Notes under the pieces: model-generated
Seen by the model: the letters and a program-made list of their open reading frames with translations, nothing else
Database searches by the model: none
Told to the model about the DNA's origin: nothing
From: a virus
Lineage: Duplodnaviria > Caudoviricetes
Direction: 5' to 3' (one strand)
IMG/VR virus record: IMGVR_UViG_3300050119_000050
Span: 1-61,316 of that record
DNA length: 61,316 bases
Made by a program: the position numbers and the translations under genes
Shown here: one piece after another, positions 47,530 to 57,348 of the stretch
How positions within the stretch are numbered: position 1 is the first letter of the stretch
Layout of the letters: every line of letters begins with the position of its first letter

Positions 47530-48423
47530 ATGTTTCTCGTTCTGGCTATCACGGCAGCATTCTTTGCTGGATGCTACGCTGTTTACCGCTGGCGCAGACA
47601 GGTGGTGACGACGTCGCTTTCGACGGAGGACCTCATACTCCCGGACCCGCCGAGTGGCGCGCGTATCGTCGGGCGTAGTCCCGCGCTCGATCTGCCGTAT
47701 GGCAGGCACAAGCGTTTCGGCAAGCGCACTGAGCCGCCGGTCCGCTACCGCGCGATCTCGCTGACACCGCGCATGCTGGAGCGCATGAACCACGAACGTC
47801 GCCGCCGAGGCGCACCGCCGCTCAACCGCGAGGGTATCAAGGCCGCCGTCGCGACCGCGTCGACCGAGTATGTCACGCATGGCAATCGCCAGCCGGGCAC
47901 GTCGAGCGATTGGTTGACGTACCTGATCCTCTACGAGGTCTTGTTCGACGATCACAAGTCCACCTACTGCACCGGGACCGGCGGCTTCACCGTCGACCCC
48001 AATCAACCGTTCAACGGCGCAGGCGGCGAGTTCGCCGGGGCCGGGGCTTCGGGGGACTGGACTGCCGCGCCTGTCACGGCGAGCATCGCCGCCACCATCG
48101 TGCAGCCGGAGAGCTTCGCGCCGATCCCGATGGGCGATCAGGTCGGCGACGGCGGCGGTAAGTACAGCGCAGGCGATTTCGTCGGAGGTTATGGCGGGGG
48201 AGGCTACCCGCAATCGCAACCGTCCGATCCGTCGAGCAGCGGCCCGGGCCCGAGCTACAGCGCGCCTGATCCGTCCCCGAGCAGTTCGTCGAGCGACAGC
48301 AGTTCGTCCTCGTCGTCGTCGAGCGACAGCCGTTCGTCCTCGTCGAGCAGCTACGACAGCGGCTCATCGAGCAGCTTCGACAGCGGCGGTTCGTCGGGCG
48401 GCGGCGGCGGCGACGGGTCCTGA
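47530..48423 (+). CDS. Membrane-anchored protein with Ser/Gly-rich low-complexity tail
   Basis: N-terminal TM; FNGAGGEFAGAGASGDW; poly-Ser tail. Confidence 0.7.
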   Translation: MFLVLAITAAFFAGCYAVYRWRRQVVTTSLSTEDLILPDPPSGARIVGRSPALDLPYGRHKRFGKRTEPPVRYRAISLTPRMLERMNHERRRRGAPPLNREGIKAAVATASTEYVTHGNRQPGTSSDWLTYLILYEVLFDDHKSTYCTGTGGFTVDPNQPFNGAGGEFAGAGASGDWTAAPVTASIAATIVQPESFAPIPMGDQVGDGGGKYSAGDFVGGYGGGGYPQSQPSDPSSSGPGPSYSAPDPSPSSSSSDSSSSSSSSSDSRSSSSSSYDSGSSSSFDSGGSSGGGGGDGS

Positions 48424-48602
48424 TCCCGTGGAACGCAACGTAGCCGGGCTGATGATCTACAAGGGGCCTGTCGGCTCCGGCTACTATCGCGTGATCGATT
48501 GTCGGCGCGTGCCCTTCGAAGAATGGGGCACGCTGCCACGGAGCTTCAACATCTGGCAAAACATCGGCCAGCTAAAAATCTTTTTCCTCGCACACGGAGA
48601 TC

Positions 48603-49445
48603 GTGACTAACATGGCAACTTCAGCAGAACAACTGATCTTGAGGGGCTTGCACCTTCTGATCCGAACGACCTTTTCACCGAATGACGGGGTCGCGCAGGC
48701 CAAGCACTTCATGAGCCTTCAGCGCGACGTCGGTCCGTGGCTCACGGACTACGCCGCCGAGATCGAGAAGCCTGCAATCGATCCGTCGATCATCATGGTC
48801 CCGGTCGACGACGGCGAGGGTCAGGGCGGGCTCCAGCAGTGAGCGAAGACCCGGCCAAACTCATCACGGTCACGTGGAAAGTCATACGTGACCGGAGCGG
48901 GGCATACGTGCTCGAATTTACTGATGGGCAATTGGCTTTGACATTCGGCCCGATGCCCAACGACAAAGTCGATCCGCTAATCGCGGAGCGACGAAAGCAT
49001 GTTTCCGATATCTTCGACCGATGCTTGGAAAGGCTCAAGAATGAAAACGCGCCGCCACAAAATCAACAAGGCCCCGATCCGTCCGTACCGTAGCGCCACG
49101 GCTCACATCGTGGTGCAGGGTGACCGCATCACCTGTCAGGGTGTGCGCGGTCGCACCCGGGTCAAGCGCGTGCTCGACCCCGAGGGCAAGCGCGTGACCT
49201 CCGTGCGTGTCACGGAGGACGTTCCGCAGATCGTCGCCAAGCCGGTCGGCGACCGCAAGCCGACCGCGATCTATGTGGGCCGCTGCTATACCGGCGTGGC
49301 TCGCAGCAAGGCGTACCCAGCGCGCGGCATCAAGCAGGGTGGCTCTCCGCCCCCGGCCAAGCCCGGGCTCTTCCAGCGGGCTGCCAAGGCCGTGAAGCGG
49401 GTAGTCGTCGGAGACGATGGCGAAGGCGGGCTGGCGGTCCGGTGA
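48603..49445 (+). other. Three small hypothetical ORFs
   Basis: Coupled ORFs 48603-48842, about 48839-49093, 49041-49445. Confidence 0.5.
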
Positions 49446-49571
49446 CCGGGGCAGAACTGATGGACCGCGTCATCTGGACGCGGTTCATGGCTGCTATCGG
49501 CCCCGAACTACGGGACCTGTTCCAGACTGCGGAAATTCCGAAAAATAAGCCCGGCGAAAAATCACTGATTA

Positions 49572-49645
49572 GGGCGTGTAGCTCAACGGAAGAGCATCGG
49601 TCTCCAAAACCGAAGACGTAGGTTCGACACCTAACTCGCCCGCCA
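49572..49645 (+). tRNA. tRNA-Trp(CCA)
   Basis: Cloverleaf; anticodon loop CUCCAAA; G73 and encoded CCA; U6.U67 and G49.A65 mismatches. Confidence 0.85.
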
Positions 49646-49759
49646 ATCCGATCCATGCCTCGCCCAGTTGCTGGGAGGCCATTCGCTCACGCACTCGGGC
49701 GAAGGCCCGGCGTTCAAGCCGAGCCAGTTCGATGATGATGTCGTCGTGATCCTGCGCGG

Positions 49760-50497
49760 TCATAGTATGCTCGCGTTAACGAGCCCGCCGACCGACGCGC
49801 AGTAGTAGGCGATGAACCGGACAGTCGTCCCCCGATGCGCGATCTCCGACAGTTCGCCGAAGTGCTTGTCGGCGTCCTCGCGGCTGGAATACCGCTCCTC
49901 GGTTGTGTGGCCAAAGTCCGAGCACACGACGAAGGTGAATTTCTCAATTTCCATTGATCGTCTCCGGTTTGCAGTCCCAAAAATACGAGACGGGGAAGGT
50001 GCCCTCGTCGCGCGCTCTCGCGAAGTCACTGCCCTGATAGCAGCGACGTCCCTTGGTGTCGACGCACATCGCCGGGACTGGGACCGTGCAGCCGCTGGTC
50101 TCGCATGTCTTGTTCGCAAGAACGCGCGTCGCCCGGCGGACCCAATCGTTGAAGTCCACGAAAGCCCCGTCGATGTTCGGCACCAGAAGCTTGCGCTCTT
50201 TGCCGAAGTGTTTCGCTTCGACCAGTTCGCACATCCCTTTCGCGAACTTCAGGGTCCCGCACCACGTGATGGAGTAGAGTGCGCGATCATACGGAAGTTT
50301 CGTCACAGTGTTCTCCTCTCAAGTCTCCACGTGTACTCAGACCAGCGCAGGACGTTCAACGCTTTGAGGTCGCGCTCGTCTTCGATGAACCGAACGATGT
50401 CATAGGCGTATTTGCCATCGCAGTGGGCGCGCTCGAAAGCGGCCCGCTTCTGCGCGCCCGACAACGTCTTGAACTCTTGTTTCAGTAATTTGCTCAT
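49760..50497 (-). other. Small leftward operon of hypothetical ORFs
   Basis: 50303-50497, 49944-50306 and a small ORF ending at 49760. Confidence 0.5.
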
Positions 50498-50549
50498 GTC
50501 GTCACAGCTATCACGCCCAGCGCGGGATGCAAGCGCCGCCTGTCCCTAT

Positions 50550-50648
50550 GGTTAATAAACCGTAAAAGCCCCTGTGCCGCAGGCGTTATCGATCTGTTAA
50601 CCATGTCGAGCGCTTTGCCTTGCGCTCTCCGTGAGGCGCTGCTAGATC
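50550..50648. promoter_or_regulatory. Divergent promoter region with two CtrA-like boxes and the CTCTCCGTGAG motif
   Basis: GGTTAA-N7-TAAA at 50550-50566; TTAT-N7-TTAAC at 50586-50601; TTGCGC-17-TAGATC at 50620-50648. Confidence 0.65.
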
Positions 50649-50655
50649 AGTGTCC

Positions 50656-52823
50656 ATGAGCAAGATCACTACCAAGCAAGTCATCAAGGCGGTCGGAAGC
50701 GAACACCTTGAACTCGTCGCCGGAAACGGCTACTGGTATTTCATCTACGACGATGTTGCCAAGGGCCTTTACGACACGAAAAGCATCTATACCATGCGGC
50801 TCGGGGACTTCACCGTCGAGCAGTGGGCGGCAGATGGCCGCGAATTCGTAGCCAAGATGGAAGCGAAAAATGTCTAAGGCCCATACGTGTTTCGAAACCG
50901 GCAGCGTGAAGCTCGTCCAAAACGGAGTGGATAAGTTCACCGTCGTCTACGGCAAACAGGTCAGAGCCGGGCTCAGCTACTCGGCTGCCGCTCTTGAACT
51001 CGGCGCATGCATCATGCACGAAAGAGCATGCGAGGGCGGGCTTGACAATAGCGAGCCCCCTCGGAGGGTCAGATGACACGCGCTGTCCCCCTGCACGAAG
51101 GCTGGCTCGCCTTCTATCTGGCGGCCAATGGAAAATGGAAGCTCGCACGCGATGCGCGCGGCGAGCCCATCACATGCGAGACAGAAGCGCTCGCGCAGTC
51201 CGTCGCCCGGTATCGGCGGCGGCGATTGAGGAGGATGAAATGAGGAGACTGCTGTTAGCTGCCGCCGCTGTTGCCGCGCTCGCGGCCCCGGCCTCGGCGA
51301 GAGACTACTGGAACGGTTCGGGCTTCCCGCTCGATCACCAATTCCATTCGCCCTACGACAACATCGTCCGCCCATACCACGGCGGCGGTTACTACCCCGC
51401 GCTGCCACGTGGCGGGATCGTGCAAGTCCCAGCGGACCTGTTCGAGACCGACCGCACCGAGGTCGAAGTCCCTGAGCTTTCGAGCGAGCGATACTTTCGT
51501 GAGCAAGAGGCGAAGGCAGTCGCCAAGGCGATCCACGACGAGCGCGTCTGCGCGCCTGTCACCGTTTACACCGACGACGGGATCATCCGTCACGCTGCGC
51601 AGGGATGTCGGCCGTGAAGAAGGCCAACCCGGTGCGGCTGGTCGAGACCGACCTGACCGAACACGTTCGGCAGGAAAACGCGGCGTATCGCGAGATCGTC
51701 CGCAGAACAATGGAGCGCGAAGTGAGTGAAGCATCAGGGCATCGCGGACTGTGGACCGAGCCCAAGTACCCGGGCGGCGACGTCCGGTATCTGGGACTGT
51801 ATCACCACGGTCGACGTGAGTGCGGCATGATCTCGATCCAGCACTGCGGGCGAACCGTTCGTGTCGGATCGTTCCTGCCGGGCACATGCTACAATCTGCC
51901 GGGCGACACGCCCAAAACCGTCCCGGAGAAGTCCGAATACTTCCGGGCCGACAATCAAACCGATCTGGCCGACGCCGAGTTTGACAAGTACGTGCAGGAA
52001 GCGTATGCGGACGGCTGGCAGAACACACCGGGGAGCTAAAGACGATGGCGAACCTTCTCAAGGAAAGCAAACGCGGCGGCTATCTGCCGCGCCTCTCGGG
52101 CGCTCGAATACACACGGGCGTGAAGTACGCCGAGTGGGGCGACGAGAAGCATGAACACGGCGCGATGCCGCCGCTGTTGTCCACCCTCAACGTCGCTGCT
52201 CCCACAGTTGGCGGCGATGAGTATCAGCTTCAGTTCACCGAAGACGAAGTGCTTCGCATCATCGCCGAGTGGACGTCGGAGATAAGCGTGCGCCGCTCGC
52301 GTATCGCCTATGACGCCCGACAGGCCGCTGAAAAGGTAGCTCGCCATGCCGCTCGATGACATCCCATCGTTCCTGAAGCTCTCGGCCGAAGAGCGTCGAG
52401 CCGCGTGGGAGAAACACCGGCTCGAAGCGAAAGCCCTGCCACTGGAAACGATGGCACCCCTGAAACGCATCAAAGGCATACCCGGAGCTAAAGATGAGCA
52501 CGCCGACGACAATGACGATTGAAGACACCATCCGTGAACTCGCCGCACGCGGAGAGATCAGCGACATATCGTTCGGCCGCAACCCGACCAACACGAAGTG
52601 GCGTGCGGTGTTCGTGCCGTGCAGCGTGTTCGGCAAATCGGTCGGTGAAGACGAGGACCCGATCAAGGCCATGATGATGGCTTTGAAATCGATCCCGCTG
52701 AAGAGCAGGAAGCCGCCGACTGACCGCGAACTCGACGCGGCCATCGCGCGCGGCACCGCCAAAATTGATCAGGCGACGGTCGACGCCGACCCGGTCGACG
52801 ACGGGATCGAAGACCTGATGTAG
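50656..52823 (+). other. Operon of small hypothetical genes, including a secreted protein (51240-51617) and a 58-aa ORF (52346-52522)
   Basis: Coupled ORFs; signal peptide MRRLLLAAAAVAALAAPASA. Confidence 0.6.
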
Positions 52824-52885
52824 AACGTCAGTTGTCCCGGAGAGACGGATGGGCTAAGTTCCGGGCTTAATCGGAGACCTAGCCC

Positions 52886-53134
52886 ATGGCCAAGCTGACC
52901 GCAAAAGCGCGCAAGAAACTCCCCGCTGGAAAGTTCGGCCTGCCCGGCAAAGGTGGCAAGTCGGGCAAGTACCCGATGCCGAACAAGGCGCACGCCGTCG
53001 ACGCCGAAGGCCGCGCGACGCAACAGGTCGCGAAGGGCAACCTCTCGCCCGAACAGGCGTCGAAGATCAAGCACAAGGCCGCTGCCGTCCTCGGCAAGCA
53101 CGATTGCCAGTATCACAACAAGAGCGTCGTGTGA
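52886..53134 (+). CDS. Small basic phage protein (DUF6582-like)
   Basis: MAKLTAKARKKLPAGKFGLPG...KYPMPNKAHA; promoter TTGTCC-17-TAAGTT upstream. Confidence 0.6.
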   Translation: MAKLTAKARKKLPAGKFGLPGKGGKSGKYPMPNKAHAVDAEGRATQQVAKGNLSPEQASKIKHKAAAVLGKHDCQYHNKSVV

Positions 53135-53141
53135 GGTCACC

Positions 53142-53486
53142 ATGCCGAAAGACGCACTAGGTCACGGCTCTGATGAGCGCGGCGTTCACGCCGCCCAGAC
53201 CGCTTCGCTCCCCGCCAAGGGAACGCCGATCTCCGATGCGACTTATCATGCCAACATGCCGAAGGAAAACTTCACCGGCATGGTGCAAGATTTGCTCGGC
53301 ATGTGGAAGGGCACTCAACAGCCCGACGCGCTGAGCCCGGGCGAAGCGAAGCAAGTAAGCGACGCGTATGAAGCGCGCGGTGACTGGCGACAGGTCGCTC
53401 GCGATCTCGATGATGCCCGCAAGGGTCAGAAGCTCGGTGGCCCCGGTGGTGGCCAGCCGAATGCACGCGGGAGCGGATGGGCATGA
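53142..53486 (+). CDS. GHGS-leader family protein 1
   Basis: Starts MPKDALGHGS; GAGG RBS. Confidence 0.75.
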   Translation: MPKDALGHGSDERGVHAAQTASLPAKGTPISDATYHANMPKENFTGMVQDLLGMWKGTQQPDALSPGEAKQVSDAYEARGDWRQVARDLDDARKGQKLGGPGGGQPNARGSGWA

Positions 53487-53854
53487 AAGACGCACGGGGC
53501 CACGGCAGCAACACACACGGCGGTATCGCGAGCACGTTTGCAGCGGAGGCCGCGCAGCGTCAGGCGTTCGGTAACCGAAACGCGGGCGGCGGGATCGCGA
53601 GCACGTTCGCCGATGAGACTACGCAGCGACAGAACTTCGGTCGCGTTACGTCGAACGCCGAGGCCGCGCGAGCGCTGGCGTCAACACTGAAATCAACGCA
53701 AGCCCCGATCCATAGCGCGATGGACCGCACCATGGTCGCGGGCGACGACAGCGATGGGACCGATGCATGGTCGCGCACCCCCGGCGGTGATCGCGGCCCT
53801 CGCTACAGTTCGAAAGAGCTTGCAGCGGATGACCGCCGCCGGGAGTTGCTGTGA
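53483..53854 (+). CDS. GHGS-leader family protein 2
   Basis: Starts MKDARGHGS; internal tandem GGIASTFA repeat. Confidence 0.75.
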   Translation: MKDARGHGSNTHGGIASTFAAEAAQRQAFGNRNAGGGIASTFADETTQRQNFGRVTSNAEAARALASTLKSTQAPIHSAMDRTMVAGDDSDGTDAWSRTPGGDRGPRYSSKELAADDRRRELL

Positions 53855-53855
53855 C

Positions 53856-54053
53856 ATGATCAGCAAGAACCTAGTTCTGACCAACGGGCAGATCAGCAAC
53901 GAGGTCGCTGCTGATGCGCTCGCCAGCGGCGCGAAGTCAACGCTGCCGCCGATGCACCCATCAATGGGCGGTGGCCCGGAAGACGCTCCGGCGGCGAACC
54001 AGACCGACGCCAGCGATGACTGGGACAGCGACGAGGATCAGACCAATGGCTAA
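53856..54053 (+). CDS. Small protein sharing the SN-x2-AA-x2-LAS module
   Basis: ISNEVAADALASGAKSTLPPMHPSM. Confidence 0.7.
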   Translation: MISKNLVLTNGQISNEVAADALASGAKSTLPPMHPSMGGGPEDAPAANQTDASDDWDSDEDQTNG

Positions 54054-54597
54054 AGACGCACTCGGCCACGGCAGCGACACGCGAGGCATGCGTCTGGGCA
54101 AGACGCATACGGTCGGCCCGCACTCGGCGAAGGTTTACAAAGCTCCCGGCGAAAGCGAACTCGTCACCAAGACGTATCGCAACGGCGCGTACCAATCAAA
54201 GAACGATTATCACACTGACGACATGGGCGATGCCAATGGCACCGCTCTCTCGCAGTTGAACCGCTGGGCCGCGCAAGACGTCGGCAAAGTCAGCAACTCG
54301 GCGGCGGCCTCCGAACTCGCGAGCGGCGCGAAGACCGCGACGATCCCGACGCACGATGGCATGGCGGGAAATCCGCGCAACGAAGACAGCTATCCCGGCG
54401 CAGGCCCGGCCCCATCGCACTGGAGCGGCCCGGATCAAGCGAAGTACAACAAGGCGAATGGCTACAACGAACACGGCAGCCGTCACGGTTACAACCCCGA
54501 CGCGGTCAATAGCGCCATCGCCTCTTCGAACCGTGCCGGTCGCCGGATCGGCGGCAAAGAGGCCAGCGCGATCCACCGACTGTTGAAGGGCCGCTGA
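54046..54597 (+). CDS. GHGS-leader family protein 3
   Basis: Starts MAKDALGHGS; contains VSNSAAASELASGAKTATIPTHDGM. Confidence 0.75.
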   Translation: MAKDALGHGSDTRGMRLGKTHTVGPHSAKVYKAPGESELVTKTYRNGAYQSKNDYHTDDMGDANGTALSQLNRWAAQDVGKVSNSAAASELASGAKTATIPTHDGMAGNPRNEDSYPGAGPAPSHWSGPDQAKYNKANGYNEHGSRHGYNPDAVNSAIASSNRAGRRIGGKEASAIHRLLKGR

Positions 54598-54823
54598 TGC
54601 ACCGAATGCAGCGGCGGTCGCGCCACGCGCACGCGGCTGGAATATCCATCCTTGTGCCGCACAGCAGTTTCACTCCAACGCCGACGATGTCGCCGTTGGA
54701 GATCGCGTTTCTGAAGGGACGCGATGCCAAGCGCCGAGGGCGGCCTGCGGAGAACCCGCATAACGATTTGTTAACCCCAAATAACGGGGAGCTTGCGGCG
54801 GAGTGGGAGCGGGGGTATAACAC

Positions 54824-54973
54824 ATGAAGGTCACCTGTCCGAAGTGCCACCGCCAATACGACGATCAGGTCCGACTGAAGCAGTGCCCACACGCGTTGCT
54901 CCCAATCGGCAAAGACCTTGACAAGGCGCTCGATGAATTCGTAGCGGACAAGCCGAAGGATATCATGCGATGA
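54824..54973 (+). CDS. 49-aa Zn-ribbon microprotein
   Basis: MKVTCPKCHRQYDD...CPH; ATGA overlaps at both ends. Confidence 0.6.
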   Translation: MKVTCPKCHRQYDDQVRLKQCPHALLPIGKDLDKALDEFVADKPKDIMR

Positions 54974-55203
54974 AAGACCCACTGGGACACGGCAGCGATG
55001 GCAGGGGCGCGTTTCGTCCGGCCAAGCATCAGTTCAAGGTCGAGCGGCACGTCGCGTTCCACGCGGCTACAGCGGCGGGCCAAAAGGTCACCACCACCGG
55101 CAACGTCTGGCAGAAAGTCGGCGGCGGTCGGCGCGCGGTCGCGGAGAAGATCGCGATGGGCGCGCGGATCGACAACCCGAACACGCAAATCAGGATCAGG
55201 TAG
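54970..55203 (+). CDS. GHGS-leader family protein 4
   Basis: Starts MKDPLGHGS. Confidence 0.75.
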   Translation: MKDPLGHGSDGRGAFRPAKHQFKVERHVAFHAATAAGQKVTTTGNVWQKVGGGRRAVAEKIAMGARIDNPNTQIRIR

Positions 55204-55647
55204 ATGAAAGACGCGAAGGGCCACGGCAGCAACGCGCACAACGCGGGCATCGCCAACCTCAAGAACTCCCAGCTTGGCATCAAGCTGCATCCGAACGTGT
55301 TCGCCGCCGTCAAAGCGAACCCGGGCGGCTTCTCCGTGAAGCCGACCACCGGCCAGATGCCGACCTCGGGCTATATGGTTTCGATACCGGGTCACACTCA
55401 GATCGTCGACAACGCGACGCCGGAAAATGTCGCGGCCTACGCTAATGCACACGCGGTCGCACTGAAAGACCCGGCGGCGCACATCGGCGGCTGGACCGAC
55501 AGCGACAGCGGCAAGACCTATCTCGACGTCTCGCACAACATCGGAAACCGATCTCGCGCGGTGCAACTCGGTGTCCTCCATAACCAGAAAGCGATCTGGG
55601 ATGTGAAGGGCAACCGCGAGATCGACACCGGGGGAGACGGCACATGA
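55204..55647 (+). CDS. GHGS-leader family protein 5
   Basis: Starts MKDAKGHGS; globular domain GGFS...GYMVS...GGWTD...YLDVS...QKAIWD. Confidence 0.78.
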   Translation: MKDAKGHGSNAHNAGIANLKNSQLGIKLHPNVFAAVKANPGGFSVKPTTGQMPTSGYMVSIPGHTQIVDNATPENVAAYANAHAVALKDPAAHIGGWTDSDSGKTYLDVSHNIGNRSRAVQLGVLHNQKAIWDVKGNREIDTGGDGT

Positions 55648-55951
55648 GCTATCCAGTCACAGACGCGGGGGTCACGGATGAAGACGCCGCGAACACTCTG
55701 GCAAATCATCATCCCAAATGCCGTCCATCGTCGGCTCAAAATATTGGTCCGTGGCCTCAAGTTACGTCGGGCGCGGGCGAGGCTCCGGGCGCGAATGGGC
55801 CGCCTACCACGGGCGCGGTCGGCCCCGGTGGACCGATGAGCGCCGCCTAGCCCGAGGCCGCTCCGCGAACCTCGGGAGAACGTCAGTTGTGGATCGCCGT
55901 CAAGCCTTGTAAGCTTGGCGGCGAAATCATATCCACGCGAGGGCTTTTCAC

Positions 55952-56257
55952 ATGGTAGCAGTTCATCCCGGCATGAAGGATCAGACCTCCAGCAACATCG
56001 CGCGCGATGGCGCTGCGAAGAAGACCCAGACCAAATTCCCGGTCAAGGAAGGCATGAAGGATCAGACCACGATCCTCAGTGGCGTGAGCCCGGCCAACCC
56101 CGGTGTCGGCCCCGACGCTTCGACGTCGAACCCGCTTTCACCCGAGCCCAAAACGAAGCATCTGGACAAGGTCGCCACGTCGTGGGGCATGAAGGGCAAG
56201 CACGATCCGGTTCTCGGCTCGGCCGTCCTGAACGAAGCGGCCAATCTCGGCCGCTGA
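55952..56257 (+). CDS. Low-complexity protein with repeated GMK(DQT) motifs
   Basis: HPGMKDQT, EGMKDQT, WGMKGK. Confidence 0.65.
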   Translation: MVAVHPGMKDQTSSNIARDGAAKKTQTKFPVKEGMKDQTTILSGVSPANPGVGPDASTSNPLSPEPKTKHLDKVATSWGMKGKHDPVLGSAVLNEAANLGR

Positions 56258-56375
56258 TGGACGACTACGAAGCGGAATTGTTAGCCGAGTGGGCTCTCGC
56301 CGATCTTGAAGCAGAGATGCTGGAGATCGAAGCCGAGCCCCTCGGTAGCGACGTAGACGATAGAGGACAAGAACC

Positions 56376-56708
56376 ATGACGAACCCGATTGACGCGCAGG
56401 CGGCCTCCTCCGAAGCCTTCATCGGCTCCAAGCAGAAGCCGAAGAATGGTTACGGCCAGAACGGCTTCGGCGGTCCGTCAAGCGATCTCCCCGGCCATCA
56501 CACGACCTCCGGCTTCCTGCCGCAGACCAAGCTGCCGGACGAAGCGAGCGATGGCCAGACCCGCGCGGTGTCCACGCTCGGCAAACACCCCGGCACCGAC
56601 ATCCCGACGCACCCGGGCATGAAGTCGCCCGCCGCCCCCACCAAGATCGGCGGCGGCAACATTCGCAGGCCGACTGAGCGCGTCATGGGCGGCCACTTCC
56701 AACGCTAA
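56376..56708 (+). CDS. Gly/Pro-rich protein with IPTHPGMK motif
   Basis: GAGGA RBS; motif shared with the GHGS cluster. Confidence 0.65.
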   Translation: MTNPIDAQAASSEAFIGSKQKPKNGYGQNGFGGPSSDLPGHHTTSGFLPQTKLPDEASDGQTRAVSTLGKHPGTDIPTHPGMKSPAAPTKIGGGNIRRPTERVMGGHFQR

Positions 56709-56724
56709 CCGGAGTTTCAAACAA

Positions 56725-57090
56725 ATGCTGAAAGCGCTGTCCCTCGCTTTGCTGATCGTCGCGTCATCCGCTTCCGCTCTTGCCAAGAACACGACCATCG
56801 CTCCGCCGACGCACGTGTGTCGAAGCCCGGACGAACTGATCGAGAAGTTCGTCGACGCGGTTGTCGTCGACGACTTGACCGGGCCCGCGCTGAAGGCATT
56901 CAACGAAGCCTACGCGCTGACCGGAAACAATCCACCGGCTCTGGACCGCGCCGTCATCTTCACGTCGAAGGCCAATCCGGACACCGAGACCTACCTGATG
57001 ATCGGTTCACGCGGCGACTGTGTCGTTGGTGTGCAGCCGATCTCGAAAGAGAACTACCTCTATCTTCGCCATCCCGGTCAGGGCATCTGA
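56725..57090 (+). CDS. Secreted/periplasmic protein
   Basis: Signal peptide MLKALSLALLIVASSASALA; Cys pair. Confidence 0.7.
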   Translation: MLKALSLALLIVASSASALAKNTTIAPPTHVCRSPDELIEKFVDAVVVDDLTGPALKAFNEAYALTGNNPPALDRAVIFTSKANPDTETYLMIGSRGDCVVGVQPISKENYLYLRHPGQGI

Positions 57091-57348
57091 TATGTCCAAA
57101 CCGAACACGTGTGCACCTTCAAGTATACAAAAGCGTCTCGAACGTCAACTCGAAGGTATCCTAAAACATCTGGAGCAGTTTCCGGATGACAAGCTGAGCC
57201 AGCAGCGGGCCGCGACCATTCGCGCCCAACTCGGCAAATGATCCATATCTGATCCGTAAGATGATCTTGCGGTTTGTTTATGGATAGGACGCGGCGAGCA
57301 TGCGCTCGCTCCATCGCTTGAGCGGTGATACCGAAGGGGGACACCCGC

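Noticed and set aside
48230-48420. Ser/Gly-coding repeats as a diversity-generating or functional DNA repeat
   Set aside because: Explained by a low-complexity protein tail; no reverse transcriptase or template repeat was seen.
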